The notes under the pieces are model-generated. The model had not been told where the DNA came from and did not search any database. It saw nothing but the letters and a program-made list of their open reading frames with translations. A stretch of 64,000 bases of DNA from Tubiluchus corallicola (Eukaryota > Animalia > Priapulida): the NCBI GenBank assembly GCA_030141605.1, contig JAQGDQ010000013.1, positions 882,447 through 946,446 on the forward strand, given 5' to 3'. Every line of letters begins with the position of its first letter. The first letter of the stretch is position 1. Made by a program: the position numbers and the translations under genes. Of the stretch, positions 11,601 through 25,007 are shown in pieces.

Positions 11601-14600
11601 TCATGTAATAATGCGTTTTGCTCGTCACTGGACAATTTGTTTTATGTTATGACAGTGGTGAACTAAACGATTGTATAAAATATTCAATATATACTGTACA
11701 TGTATATTTTCCAGATTATTCTTAACATAAGGTGTAGTTAATTAGCAAAAGTAACACTTGAGTAGTCAGTTGATAGCAAGTAAGCAGTTTATATTGTGTT
11801 TCCCTTTATGAAGAACGCTTAAATTGAATGTGCTCCAAATAATCAGCAACGGCTACAAAAGCAACCCTAAATCTGTTAAATGTTCAGTTGTAGTGCACTG
11901 AGAATATTTTTTCACAGTTTGACGCATTGTAAGCCATTTATACGTGGAAACTTCTTAATGTAAGTGTCTGTGGCGGGACGGGAATGTAGCTAATGTCAAA
12001 GATACAGTGGTGTCATGCTAAGTTCAGATGTGGATATAGTAGAAGAAATCGCCCAGGAGCAGTTTTCCAAGCAGTCACTGATCCATCTGGGTTATCTAGT
12101 GAGACCCAGCGATGCTTAACTTCTGCAGCCAAGAAACACTATGCTGCTGGAAAAATATTAATGTAATTACGTTAAATTACGTTTTAATTATTTTGTGGAT
12201 TAGAAAGATCGATTTGCGAACACGGAGTTTGCCTTTTTTACTCGACATTGTAACAATAGTGCTCTAAAATTGTTCAATTAAGAAGCACTCCCTGTGCGCC
12301 ATGAAAGTAGAAGAAACAGCTGAAAATGGCTGTCATTATCAATGATCGAGACGTTACATCAGCAATAGTTATTTTGCTTCTGGCAATCTTTAGTTTCCTT
12401 CACACTTTCGGTGCACGAAGGCATGCCGGCTGCAAATTGCATCAGTTCACAGGGCAATTTTAAAATAACAAGGTTTGAAGCATGGCTGACTTTCTGTAAT
12501 TTCCATAAAACATTTCTATAAGAAGTCGCTCAGCCGTGACGTATGTAATTACACCAATCGTTAGACTATTCTTAAAATATTTTGCAGGCATGATTTTGAA
12601 AAACAGGGTTTTGCACTAAAAACGTTCAACAATTCTGCGATTTTATGCTTTTGTAGATTGTAAATCCAAAGGTCGCGAGTTATTCTCATATGTTATTTTT
12701 TTTAAGTTTTTCTGTTCTAATTAACGAAACAGTGTTTTGGAAGCGTGAATGTACTTTATAGGATAAGAAAACCTGTTAAGCACATACAGCTAAAAATTCG
12801 TCTGGAAATTTTGTATTACGTACGTGCTGCCTTATTGCAAACAGACCTTGTATTAGCAGAAACGCTGTATAAAACTTGTAAATTTAAACTGCAGCGATGA
12901 CCGTTAGGCGCGGCCATTTTGACGGTAAGGAGTTCGAAACAAGTTTAGATAACATTGCGTAAAATTTGAGAAAACAGGGAACACTTCACTAACTAAGTAA
13001 AAGTATAAATTTTTGTATCTTGCAATAAAATTAAGAATACGTTCTTTGTTGAGCCATTAGATAACTTTTTAAAAATAATCAGAGTATGCGTAACTAGAGT
13101 CATTAGGAAGGCAAAAATATAAAGCATTTTATCTTGTCAATAAGATTAGTAATATGTTTTTGTTGTGTCATCGGTGTTGGAGCATGAGTTAGTGACAATT
13201 TACCAGTTGGAGCAACATTTTACATGACATGTACTGTACTAAGAATTTCCTTTTCTAGTTACACAAGTCTGCCAAACAGGTAAGCGTCATGCAAAATAAT
13301 ATGACTTTGCACTGAAAGTTTTTTGGGACATACTTTAAAATTGCCTTTTCTCCCCTGTGATGTTTTCCTCATTGTCCAATGGTCGTTATGCGCATAAATA
13401 ATCTACATATAATATGGTTATCACGCACATATACGAGAACAGACGTGCGTAATCGATAAATAGAACCGCTATAATTAGTTACCGTGATTATCGAATCACG
13501 AAGCTGTACTTAATAACAGCCAGTATAATGTACAAGTACGTGAGTGGAAAACTCATTCTGAGCAGGTATAATGCAGGTAGTACGTGCTGTAATGAAAGTC
13601 CTCACAATTTCTCTTGTCATATCTTACACATTGCATCAAATGGATTTAGTTAATGACTGCAATCACAGCGCAAATTTAAAAAGTGATATAAATTGAGACA
13701 GCAATTGCATCTAACCATCACATTGTTTATCATAAATTCTCATAATAATAACTAATCTAATTTTCGAATTGGTGCAAGAAGCGTCACAAAGCAAAACTGT
13801 AATTAGCAGCCCATCCTCTTGTTCGATACATACAGGTCCCAAGCTGTGTTTAGCCCCGCCCAACGTGATGACGTAACACACATTCTCACAGTGCACTCAC
13901 AGCAAGTGCTTACAGCATGCAAACAAACTGAAAAACATGAAAAAATTCGGTACTAGTAAGTCTGGTACAGATAAGTTTGGTTCTAGTGATTTTGATACGA
14001 GAAAATTTTGGTACTGGCAAAATTTGCTGCTAGGAATTTTTTATACAGCGAAATTTTAGCACTAGGAAAATTGGATACAGGGAAATATTGGTGGTACTTG
14101 CAAAATTGAAGTTTTGTCAAGTAACTTTCTGTTTTTTGTACAGCTCTGTGTAAGTGTGATCCAGCACTCAACAGTCGGGACTGTACGGTTTTGCAAGGAC
14201 AGAAAATATAAACCTTTAAGACGATTCACTGAACTGACAGTCGTGTCTTAAAACACAACAAAACCTTTCATAAACATAAAGCTTGAAAAAAAATTCAATT
14301 TTATATCACTTACATACTGCCTTTTTGCATGCACGACTTCAATCGGCAGTCACGCTGTATAAAATATGTAAATTTAAACTCCCCCGATGACCGTTAGACG
14401 CAGCCATTTTCACGACAGGTCATTCGAAACAAGTTTAGATAACATTTTGTAAAGTTTGAAAAAATAATCAGAGCATTCGTAGCGCACAAGTCACTAACTA
14501 AATAAAATTTAAAATTACTGTATCTTGTCAATAAGATCAAAAATACGTTTTTTGGTTAGTGAGTGGTGCACCCTGGAGGGTGAGTCAGCGACATTTTACC

Positions 14601-17600
14601 AATTGGTGAAAACATTTTAAATAATTAATAATTTTCTTCTCTAGTTACATAAGTCTTTCTAGCAGGTAAGCGAAAATCTAAGTAATATAGATTTGCACGG
14701 AAAGTCTGTTGAGATATAATTTAGCATTGCTTTTTCTTCCCTTGATTTACGTTTGGCACATGACGTCATGTAATGGCGACTTCGGAACAGTGTTGCGGGA
14801 GATTTAAAATGAAAACAAACTAAAATTCCCTTCAGTGCGAGTAAGTTATGCGCATAAAATTGCTATAAAGTAATATAATTTTAAGGCGATTTTTCTGAAA
14901 CCTACTTCAGAGTACCCCTTTTCTTGTCCTTTAAGGATTATTAAGATCTGTACACTTTTTCCCTCAACAATATAACTATCATGGGCAGCAAACCACCTAT
15001 ATCTGTCTAGAATGAGCGAACAATGACGTTGCCACTTAGTCATTGACTAGACTCGGCGTTGCTTAACTTCAGTCACTAGTCCACACTGTAACTGCTCGGC
15101 TATTCACCTTGCCTCCAAGTCCCGCCGATTCGTTTTGTTCGCAAGTTAATGGACTTCATCAGTTAAGCTTCTTAAGTCTAAAGATTATGACGAGGCGTAA
15201 TGTGATTTCAGTACATATTATTATTGTATTTTTCTTTGTAATAGTAGTGATACAATGTTTGTTGAATGTACAGATGGTAAATAAATTACGTTAAATTACA
15301 TTTATTTAACTCTTTCTTTGTTAACGCACTCATTCACTCACTTACTCACTCACTTACTTGCCTGCATATGTATCTAGCACCCTACTTTGCTGAGTATAGA
15401 TAGACCTGCTGACTAATGCTCCATCAATAGACTTTTTCGTGCGTTTATCTGCTTACGTACGTAGTACATACTTATGTACATGCCTGTGTACATACTTGTG
15501 TACATACCTGTGTACATACTTGTGTACATACCTGCCTATTACTTACTCGCGCACTTATTTCTGCTACAGTTGCATACTTGCTCTACTTTTTGTGGCCTGC
15601 TACTTTGCTTTAATTATGTTGCAGTAACTGTTATTGTTAACCCAACCCTGCTGTATGTGGTTTGTGCGTTTTAATGGAATAAATATTATTGGTGAAGGAA
15701 CTATTAGGTTAGTGGAGTGTTAAAGTTTTTCCTTTGGGTGTAATAAATGTCACAAGTTAGTTACTTATACAACTTTGTGTATAACTTCTTGCAAGATGAT
15801 GTAGTAAATGCCAGGATATTAATAAAGCATTTTGTGCAGAAGATATTGAGAGAGGGTTAACTTAAGAGTTAAGATCATTCCACGAAATTTCCGATTTTTC
15901 TCGAAATCTCATACAGCAAGAGTTCATTTCAAAGTGAAACCGCGCGGCCTTTCCGCGTGTCCAATTAGCTGTGGCTACTTTGCGAGTTTTATACTATTAA
16001 AAAGTTATACTTGCCGTATTTCGCATATACAAAACACAGTTAATATAGTCTATGCAATGTCAGATCTGTTCGATGTTTAGTAAAGTTCTACTAACCACTT
16101 CAAAATCAAGAAATATACGTATATAAAATAAATATATGCATGCGTTATTTTTCTTTTTTATGAATCTAGCCATCAATATAGCCATGCATTAATAAAACAT
16201 CAAATCGTCAGTCTGTTAAAGGAGAGGTTACATCTTATAATTTTATGCTGAAATGTTCTAAATGTTGTTCGCTAAAAAAGAAAGAAGTAATTGAGTAGTT
16301 AAATTTGAATTCCGTGAGGATTCATCACGATAAAAGAACATGCAGTATTTCTACCATGTCGCAGAATTCCTCCCGAGGAAGACGCACAGCTTTAGCTGGC
16401 AGCAGAATTCCTCCCGAGGAGGACGCACAGCTTTTAGGGCAGCAGAATTCCTCACGAGGAATTTTGGCGCATGTCCTCACCACGAAATGCGCCATAGAAA
16501 ACACTGTGTTCAATTTTCATGAAGAATGCCCTAAGGAATTTTCCTTAGAGTCATTTTACTGCGCGTCCTCACTGTGAAATGCACCTAATAAAACGTGTTT
16601 TATCTTCGTGCGAAACAGGCAGGTTTTCAGAATCTCTCCTCGAGGATTTGACGTTATTCATTCCTAGACTCATTCACTGATGCACACATCTGATTCTGCG
16701 TCTCGTTCCTGCAGGTATGCGTTCATACCTTTGCTCTAACTAATTAGCAGACAGTCGGAAAACGTCAAGACAATTTGAATAACGAGTTCTGAGGAAAATG
16801 ATTGTAAAGGTTCCTCATGCACGCTATGATTTGAAGCTTAGCAGGATCAATAATGTGCACCTTTTCACGAAAACGACATATGACTTATAAGCAAGGCGTG
16901 TATAAGCAAGACAAACAAGTGTGCCTGCACACACACGATAACTAGATTTTATGATTTTCCGTCGGAAATAAAAGAATCTGCATAGAAAAGTAAATTACAG
17001 CTAGTCCATTTACTTATTAAAAACAGTTGAAAATGAAATAAGTAAGCAGATAACTAAACTGCGTCTGTCAAACTTTTTATGGTATGTAGTTCAATTAAAG
17101 ACGGGAAATAATTATATTCAAGAATTTGAAAGGACAAACTAGTTTCTTGCTATAGTCCATGGAGCGCAGAAGTACAGTGTACAAATGTAGTGTACAAGGA
17201 TCGTACTTAAAGAGGAAGAAAAGGGAAAATCTAAAGTACTTGTACGTTCCAAAGTACGTTCCGTATAAAGTTAGATTAGTTAACACGGTCACGGTTACTT
17301 GTTTAAAAGACTTATATGCAGCATTACCGCTAACCCAAATTCAAAATGCGTGCGAAATACAAGCTCTGCGCGAAATAAGACAAATTTTTAAAGCCTTATT
17401 TTTCAAGAATGTTTTCTTGTGCTTCAAGACGACTTTGCGTTATGTGTGCTAGTTATTTGCGTGTTTAGAGACAGCGCTTATTAATAGAACTACCTCGAAG
17501 TTGTGGTGAAAATTCTTTTGCAGATTTTTGTGTTTATAGTCTAACTTGCGTCTGATGCGTATGTGTAAAACAGTACGTTTTTACCATAAACTAACACTGA

Positions 17601-17883
17601 CTATTTATCTTTCTTGATGACAAGAACGGACGCAACTCCACAATGTCGAAAAAAAGGAAGATTTTTCTTGCAGTTCGTCACGGCGGATTAACTTAAGATA
17701 AAAAATGCAGAAGGAATTGCTAAAAATTTCGATTTATTGAGTAATCTCCATGTTTTTCATATGCAACTGTACAACTTTTGGTTTCATAAGGCTCACAAAT
17801 GTTCTGTGAGCTTTAAAAATTGCGTTTTTTGGTACAGTGCCTGTCATGTTGAAAACGAAAATTTCAGTCTTTTTAATGCTTTG

Positions 17884-17914
<31 letters not shown>

Positions 17915-20900
17915 ACAAAATCTTTAAACAGAATAAACCTTATTGAGCACAGTGCTTGTTTCCAACACGGTTCTGTGTCAAGATGCAACGCACAATAATA
18001 ATAATAATAGTTCAGATACTTGTACAACAAATTATTTAGACGATGTAGCAACACTTTCCAGTTTTGAATACTACACATACATAACTTTACAGTTTACACA
18101 TATAGCTTAAATCCTTAATTAGTATTATTTAACATGCTTCAAGGTTTAAAAGAAGAATTAATCTTGAAAGTGTTTTTGACTCAACTTTTAAACAATTTAA
18201 TATTTTCACAATGACGTATACAAACAGGTAGTTGATTCGAAATTGCTGTCTCCTTGCAAGCCAAGCAAGACTGACCAACATTAGTTCCAAGTAATGGCAG
18301 TTTGTAGTCGCCTTTGTGTTTCGATGAGTGTTGCAGCTATGATAGTATATCAAAAACATTACAGTTAAGCACAATTTTGGTAGATTTTTTCTGACATACT
18401 TATAACCTTGCCAAATGTGTACTTCTAGCATTTTGATAAAGCGTATCAGCGTAATCGAAATAGAGTACGAATCCATTACTGTGTGTTTATTGTTCAACGT
18501 CAGCAACTTTAGGATACCAGAAACTGATCCGAACAATCAGCACCTGCACGGTTCTACTTTTGCCTGTATTTTGTCTGTAGTTCTTTATTTACACAGCCAA
18601 TACGAATTTATCGTTGAATTAAAGTCGACTTTAAATGAAATTGATAGAAAATTAAAGACATTCGTTGCAAGAAAGTGCTTAGGTATTCACTGTTGTGCGT
18701 GATTTAAATTTTAGCATGTAATGTAGTAGCTAGGGCCCACGCGTTACTTAACTTGCTTAGATTTAATATGTTGGATGTTATACGTTACATTTATGCAAAG
18801 TTTTGCTAGGTCTATAAAGGATTAGGTAGGCTTACTAATGGCAAATAATTAGAATATCGCGTGCAAATTATCGTGAGGAAGTTGTTATTCTACAGGGCTA
18901 GTACATTTGTTGTAAATAAGTTATTATTTTAGCCTGTTTTATTCCAGTAGTCTCTCTACAGGAATACAGCTTTCGCTGAATTTGCCATTAGAAGACTTAT
19001 TAGTCAGAGCAAGGCATTTTCAGAAAACGCGAATTGTAATTATAGCGGGTTGGTTTAATTACCTTAAAAGTGAGATGAGCAAGTGTGCAATGATATAACA
19101 CATTTTTTTAATACTTGGTTTGGTTGCGTGCGTTATTTTCTTCTCAGAATTCGCTGCGGTGAATCTAGGAAGCCGTCGGTGCTTAATAGCATCGAGTTGA
19201 CAAGATTTATAAGAGAATAGATTTTATTATCGGCCGCACGATCTATTCAGACAGAGTTAACAAGTAGGCTATCAGTAATAGCGTTTAAGGCTGATGCTTT
19301 TCAGGTGCACGCGAAGGTATTTGTACAGAAAGAATCGTCGACAGTAAAACGACTAAAGTTTTTAATCATCTCATTTTAGGTACACAGATGTTCATGAATT
19401 GCACTAATTATTAATATACATTAGCGACGACTCGTAAAAACATTTTGGGTAAAATCGTAATCGAACCGAAATCGTTTTATCACCAACTAGACGATAGGAT
19501 AGTGACCTAACAGGCCTCATCGACGATGCATCACTTTCTGAATAACTAACAGACGATTCATTCGCCTTGTCCTATAGCATTATTATATTATCTACCTGTG
19601 ACAGTAACGGATGTCATAGTGGCATTTTTGCGTTGAGAGGTCCTTAACTTAAAGTCACCCAACATTAAGTCCAGTGTGCGTCTTAAGAGTTGTTTGTTTG
19701 AAGTTACTATATAGATGATACCTGGGCAATATGTTGGAAAGCGAGCGCGGGTCTCGAAGCAGTAGTATTCGCACAGAATAAACAAGTTTGCTACAAGTTT
19801 AATTTTATCAATTCACCTTTGACCTCAACTTTTTTGTTCCTCCAAAATATAGAAAGCCAAATTTTGCCCATTTATGTCGAACATATTTGGCGAGGAAATT
19901 GTTGCTACATGTAAAAAAATAAAACCCAGTCACTCTTTCAAATTTATGCAGCAAAATTAACTTACTTTGACTTGGATACCACATTGAAAATAAAAAACCT
20001 GACAACTTGAGTTGCCGTTTCTTCAGTTGTGAATGTTTAAAATTACCACTGATGCTAAGCGATCAATTAAAACTTGCATGCAGGAAGCCCTGAAGTAGTT
20101 TTATTGCATTTTTATAATTCATTTCACACGTGGCCATTAGATTTCTTGGTCACCTAAATGAGTTAATTTTAATATTTTTATGGTTAACAACTTTGCACTG
20201 GTAATTTGCTAAAAGTCTTTGTCCTTTGCATAAATATGTACAAATTGTTTTAACAATTTAAATAAATTCTTTGATCTGATTAATATGTACATTGCGTAGC
20301 TGAATTCGCGTTTTATAAATGTTTTCGGCAGGTATAAAGGTTTTACAAAGCGGCTGTAGTGATCAAGCCTCGCTGGGTGATTAAAGTGGTGATGTAATAG
20401 CAGAGATGTTGTGGTCGAATCAATATCAAGATGTTTTTACTTAAATACATGTTCAGGGCGTTACAGGCTTTTTGTTGTGCTATTTGTAACAATGGTGGCT
20501 TCATGGCGCGTTTGAAACTGTAAAACAAAACAGAAAAATGCTACTTCATTACACAGGGATAATTATGGAGCAGGAACGTGGGTTGCAGGAGTACCACTTT
20601 ACGTATACATTTAAAATTCATATTTTTTACAAGAGCTCCTAGGATTGTGTAAAGAAATGTGTGAAAATTGATCATGTCAAGTAGACCTAAATGTGCAAAC
20701 AAAAGGAATTAAACCTGTCGGAAGTTGCTAAATCACTAGACAGGCCTACTTGATAGCTCTAGGTATATTCTGAGAGGTACTGGATTTTCGTGTTGTACAA
20801 TTTAAAGTGTCCATATCAAATCATATTATGCTATTTTGCCTTGTACTGCTGCAGACCTGTCATGTTATTTCGTATGTGTCTTTCATTTTCTTACTATGCT

Positions 20901-23900
20901 GCATTGCACTTGCATTGTACTATGCTGACTTGAAGCAGCTTACTGCACTGAACTGTATCATACTTGATTTCTATTGTATCTCACTAGGTCCTATATTATA
21001 CTACACACTGGGCTGCTTTGCATTGTCACAATGACTTGTGTTATTTTGTGCTGTACACTGCTGTGAGTTACATAGTATTGCATTGCATTATATTGTATTG
21101 TAACGTATTTGTAATTAAACATTGCTAAAGACGTCGCTTATTTATGCAATGATCACCACAGTTGATGCTTATACGTTCGTATTGGTCCTCACTTCGCTTT
21201 GAGTTACATGTATGAAAAAGGTTGGGTTTGTCACTGATATGACATACATTGTCAAGCAAAGACTGCAGTCCTTAAGTCAGTCATTCAATCTTAATGAGGT
21301 TTATTGCGGTTATTAAGCATGAATGACGGAATTCTCTCATCCTGCCCGACCATGAGTGACAAACCGCTGACTGCGAAAAAGACGCGATCTTGACAAATCG
21401 ATCAAAGAAGTTTGCGCCCGTTGATCGATGGGACGATTCTGCTGAATCTGTGGCTATCACCGCGTTCTCATAGATTCTGCTGAAAATGAGAAAAACGTTT
21501 TGCCTTTGCATTTTTGCAAGTCAGGAAAAATATTCACATGTTTACTTAGTTATTAAATTTTGATTGAATAAATAGGTCGTATTGTCACGAGAGATTAACA
21601 TTGTTTTTTATGTACATATTCATCCATTAACCTCAAAGTCACATAGCATTTTGTGAACGAGTTTGACCATTTGGCTGTCTAATTTAAAATACTGGAGTCG
21701 AAAGTCGACACAAAGACCTTGCCGAACTTTATTTCTAACTTACAGAACACCTAGCGGATAATAAAAGTATAAACTACGATACATGTTTCTTCACTTCCCG
21801 GATGCCAAAGATCTACCTTGGCTGTTAATGCAGCAACTAGTGGAATTTCACTGAATAAATATCTTTAAACGTCCTACAAGTGTTTCATCCATACTATCTG
21901 CATCAGGGCGGATAAAATAATTAACTATAACATTATTCAATTAAACACAGCAAGTTTTTAGTAATGTTTTTAGAAAGTTTTTGAAATGTTCCTAATTGAT
22001 AATCAGTGCATAACTTGAGTGATTTTCATGAAATTGTGTTTAAGCAAACAATGTTATGTTTTATTTGTTTTATAGTAGTCGATAAAGTCCTAAACTGGGT
22101 GAAACTAGAGTAGGACGTGGCTGTTAAGTTTAATAATGTTTAAAATAAATACTTAAAATGAAAGCGCGATAATTTGTCCTACTTCAACACACATCTCTAC
22201 GTAGGGTATTGCTTGGATTCACTTGTTTCTGGATTTGTCAGTGTCTTTAGTTTAGTGATAATTAAGTAAAAACATTCTTGTTCTTGAAAAACGGTTTTAT
22301 TTTTTTAAAATGTTGTTTTTGATATAAACACCGTCCTGTACTGATTTGGTACCAACTGCACAACTTTGGTCATGAATTTTAATAAGCCTGAAGCCGGAAT
22401 TTCCGCCTTGTCCTGGGCCTACGTAGAAGGCACATTTTTCATTTATCGGTGACCTAAGGCGGCAGTTTATCAAACACACCCTGTCATCATGGGTGGGTTG
22501 CATGTTTTGCCATGACCCACGCTAACACGTCTTTTTTGTATAATGCGTATGCTATATTACTTGAAAGTAATTATGTAAATTTTGCAAATATTCCTCGTGT
22601 GTCAGTGTCACAATTTGATAATTTCCAGCAGTTTTACACTTGATGTAGTTCATGCTTTTCGCAATATTAATTGAAGATGACGCAGTTGTTAATATTCAGT
22701 CAGTCGCGTACGTTGTACGTGATTGTCTGGCTTGCTGCCTCTTATACGCAGTATACCGTACATTTCATAAATTGCGCAGTGTACTTGTGTTTTGTACAAG
22801 ATTTCAGCTGACAAATAAAGATTATACATATGTATCGGTCTATATCTAAGTATGCACGCCTGAGAGTAGGTAACGACTAATAAAATGAAGCTTGCAGGTT
22901 GTGAGCCAATGATTCACAAGCATAAGTCATATTTTATTGAAAACAACAACTACAATATTATCACTGTGTAATAATGCACTATTTTTAAAAGTAGAAGGCG
23001 TAGATCATTTTGACCTATGGACAAAAACTACATGCTGTTTTCTTTTAAATGAATGAATATGGGTGTGGCATTTGCCGCGACTCCAAAAAAGCACTACTCT
23101 CCATGTAAATGATAGTTGAAAGTCTCCAATGTTATTGCTCTTTTCAAGCGTAAAGATTGTCGATTGTCAACCTTTCTAAAGAGATGGTTGCATTGTTCGC
23201 AACCATTTATGCTTGTCATATGAGATTCCTTTCACTGTTATGAATATTTAACTGCACAGCCAACTACAAAGCGCTTATAAATCTGCTATGGCATTTCCAT
23301 TATAACTTCCCATTCTGTGAGCGCCTGATGCAATTATCGTGGAAAGATTTATAGCTCGTAAACCGCTCTTCATTCACAAAGGTTTCTTAGTTTTTTGTCT
23401 CGTTTATGAAACGTTCAAGGTGCATTTAGCACAGCAAGATGGTGGACGCTATGGGCAGATGTCGTTCAAAGCAATTTTTGATAAATGTTTGATGGACAGG
23501 AAGTTTGCACGCTAGATTGTGTGATTCTTCCTTTGCTGTGAATCAAATTTCAAAATTCATCGCGCTATTAAAACTACCTCTTCTAAACTAGAGGGCACTC
23601 ACGTCGACATCCACACTCACGTGGAGGTGCGCACCCACATAAAGGACCACACCCACGTCCTCATGCGAAATCGTTACCTATTGGCAACATATCTTGAATT
23701 TTTTTATCCTTGTGACTCCGATCTTTAACAGCTTCAATCGTTTCTAGGTTTTTTCAGACTTATCCTGAGCCACTTTTGGTGATTATAGCTTTACCCGTTT
23801 GAGATGAGTTTTACCTTTGACCTTCTGAACCCAAAAGCAATGGGCAATTCCAGGTCTTGCCTAGAGCTAGCAATGTAAGAACTCAATATAACTTACTGTA

Positions 23901-24916
23901 CAACTACGCATTAAAAACATGGGAGCTTCTCAATATTTGCGCAGAGTATAATTGAGAATACTTATTTGGTGGCAATGTTCTATTAATCTTTGATGGAGTT
24001 TTGAAATACGTTGTCTCCAGGGTGACTTTGTCTCGCAGTATTAAATTTGCTTTTTCTTTAAGGAGCAAACATTAAAGACGACATTTACAGGAGCGCGGAG
24101 CGTAAAGGCATTTTCCGGTTAGATCATGGAAGTCAGTAGTAAGTAACTGTCGTAACGTAAGCTAACATGGTCTGTCCTACTTACAAGCAAGCGTATTGAT
24201 AAATACAAATCGTCAGCGCTGTGATAAAAAAGGCAAGCCAGGTAATTTCTACGACAAATATGCATATGAGATTGTATTTGCATAAGCAAGTATGGGATGT
24301 TGTCAGATGGGATTGTGGGAAGAGGCGATCTAACGTCTGCTTGATGGTGTCACCTTTTCAATGGCTTAGCATTTCTTTTTTAAGCTCTGGAAATCAGACC
24401 GTGATTTCTTTTGCTTCAGCTTAGAATGTTCAGCGCAGTACACTTAACAAGACTTGCCTGTTAAACTATTTTTCAAAAATGAAACTAATATGAAAAGACG
24501 AAATCACACCTTATTGTTATTATCAACGTTTGTCCAGTAGTTTGTAGTCGTGGCAGATCAAAACTTCTCATGCTTTTACATAACATCAATAAATTTAAAC
24601 CCACTACACACAAAAACTCAAGTCACCAACACAAAACATCAATAAAGTACCCAATTTACATACGTTTAGTATTTTACAAAAAAAAACTATTTTCTAAATA
24701 TTGCACATGTGTTAAATATTCCGAACTGTGTGAAACGAAATGTAAAGCCTTACGTGCTTATGTAATTAAATACAGCCTCACTTGTGCTTTTAATTGTAAA
24801 TTCATTTTATTGTACAACACTATTGCTCACAGCAGTTGGAAGCACTGGTCATACTATCAGTTTTTGAATGTCTAGTTCACCGTTCAATGATGTGTAATTT
24901 TTTTAGCAATAAAGAA

Positions 24917-25007
<91 letters not shown>

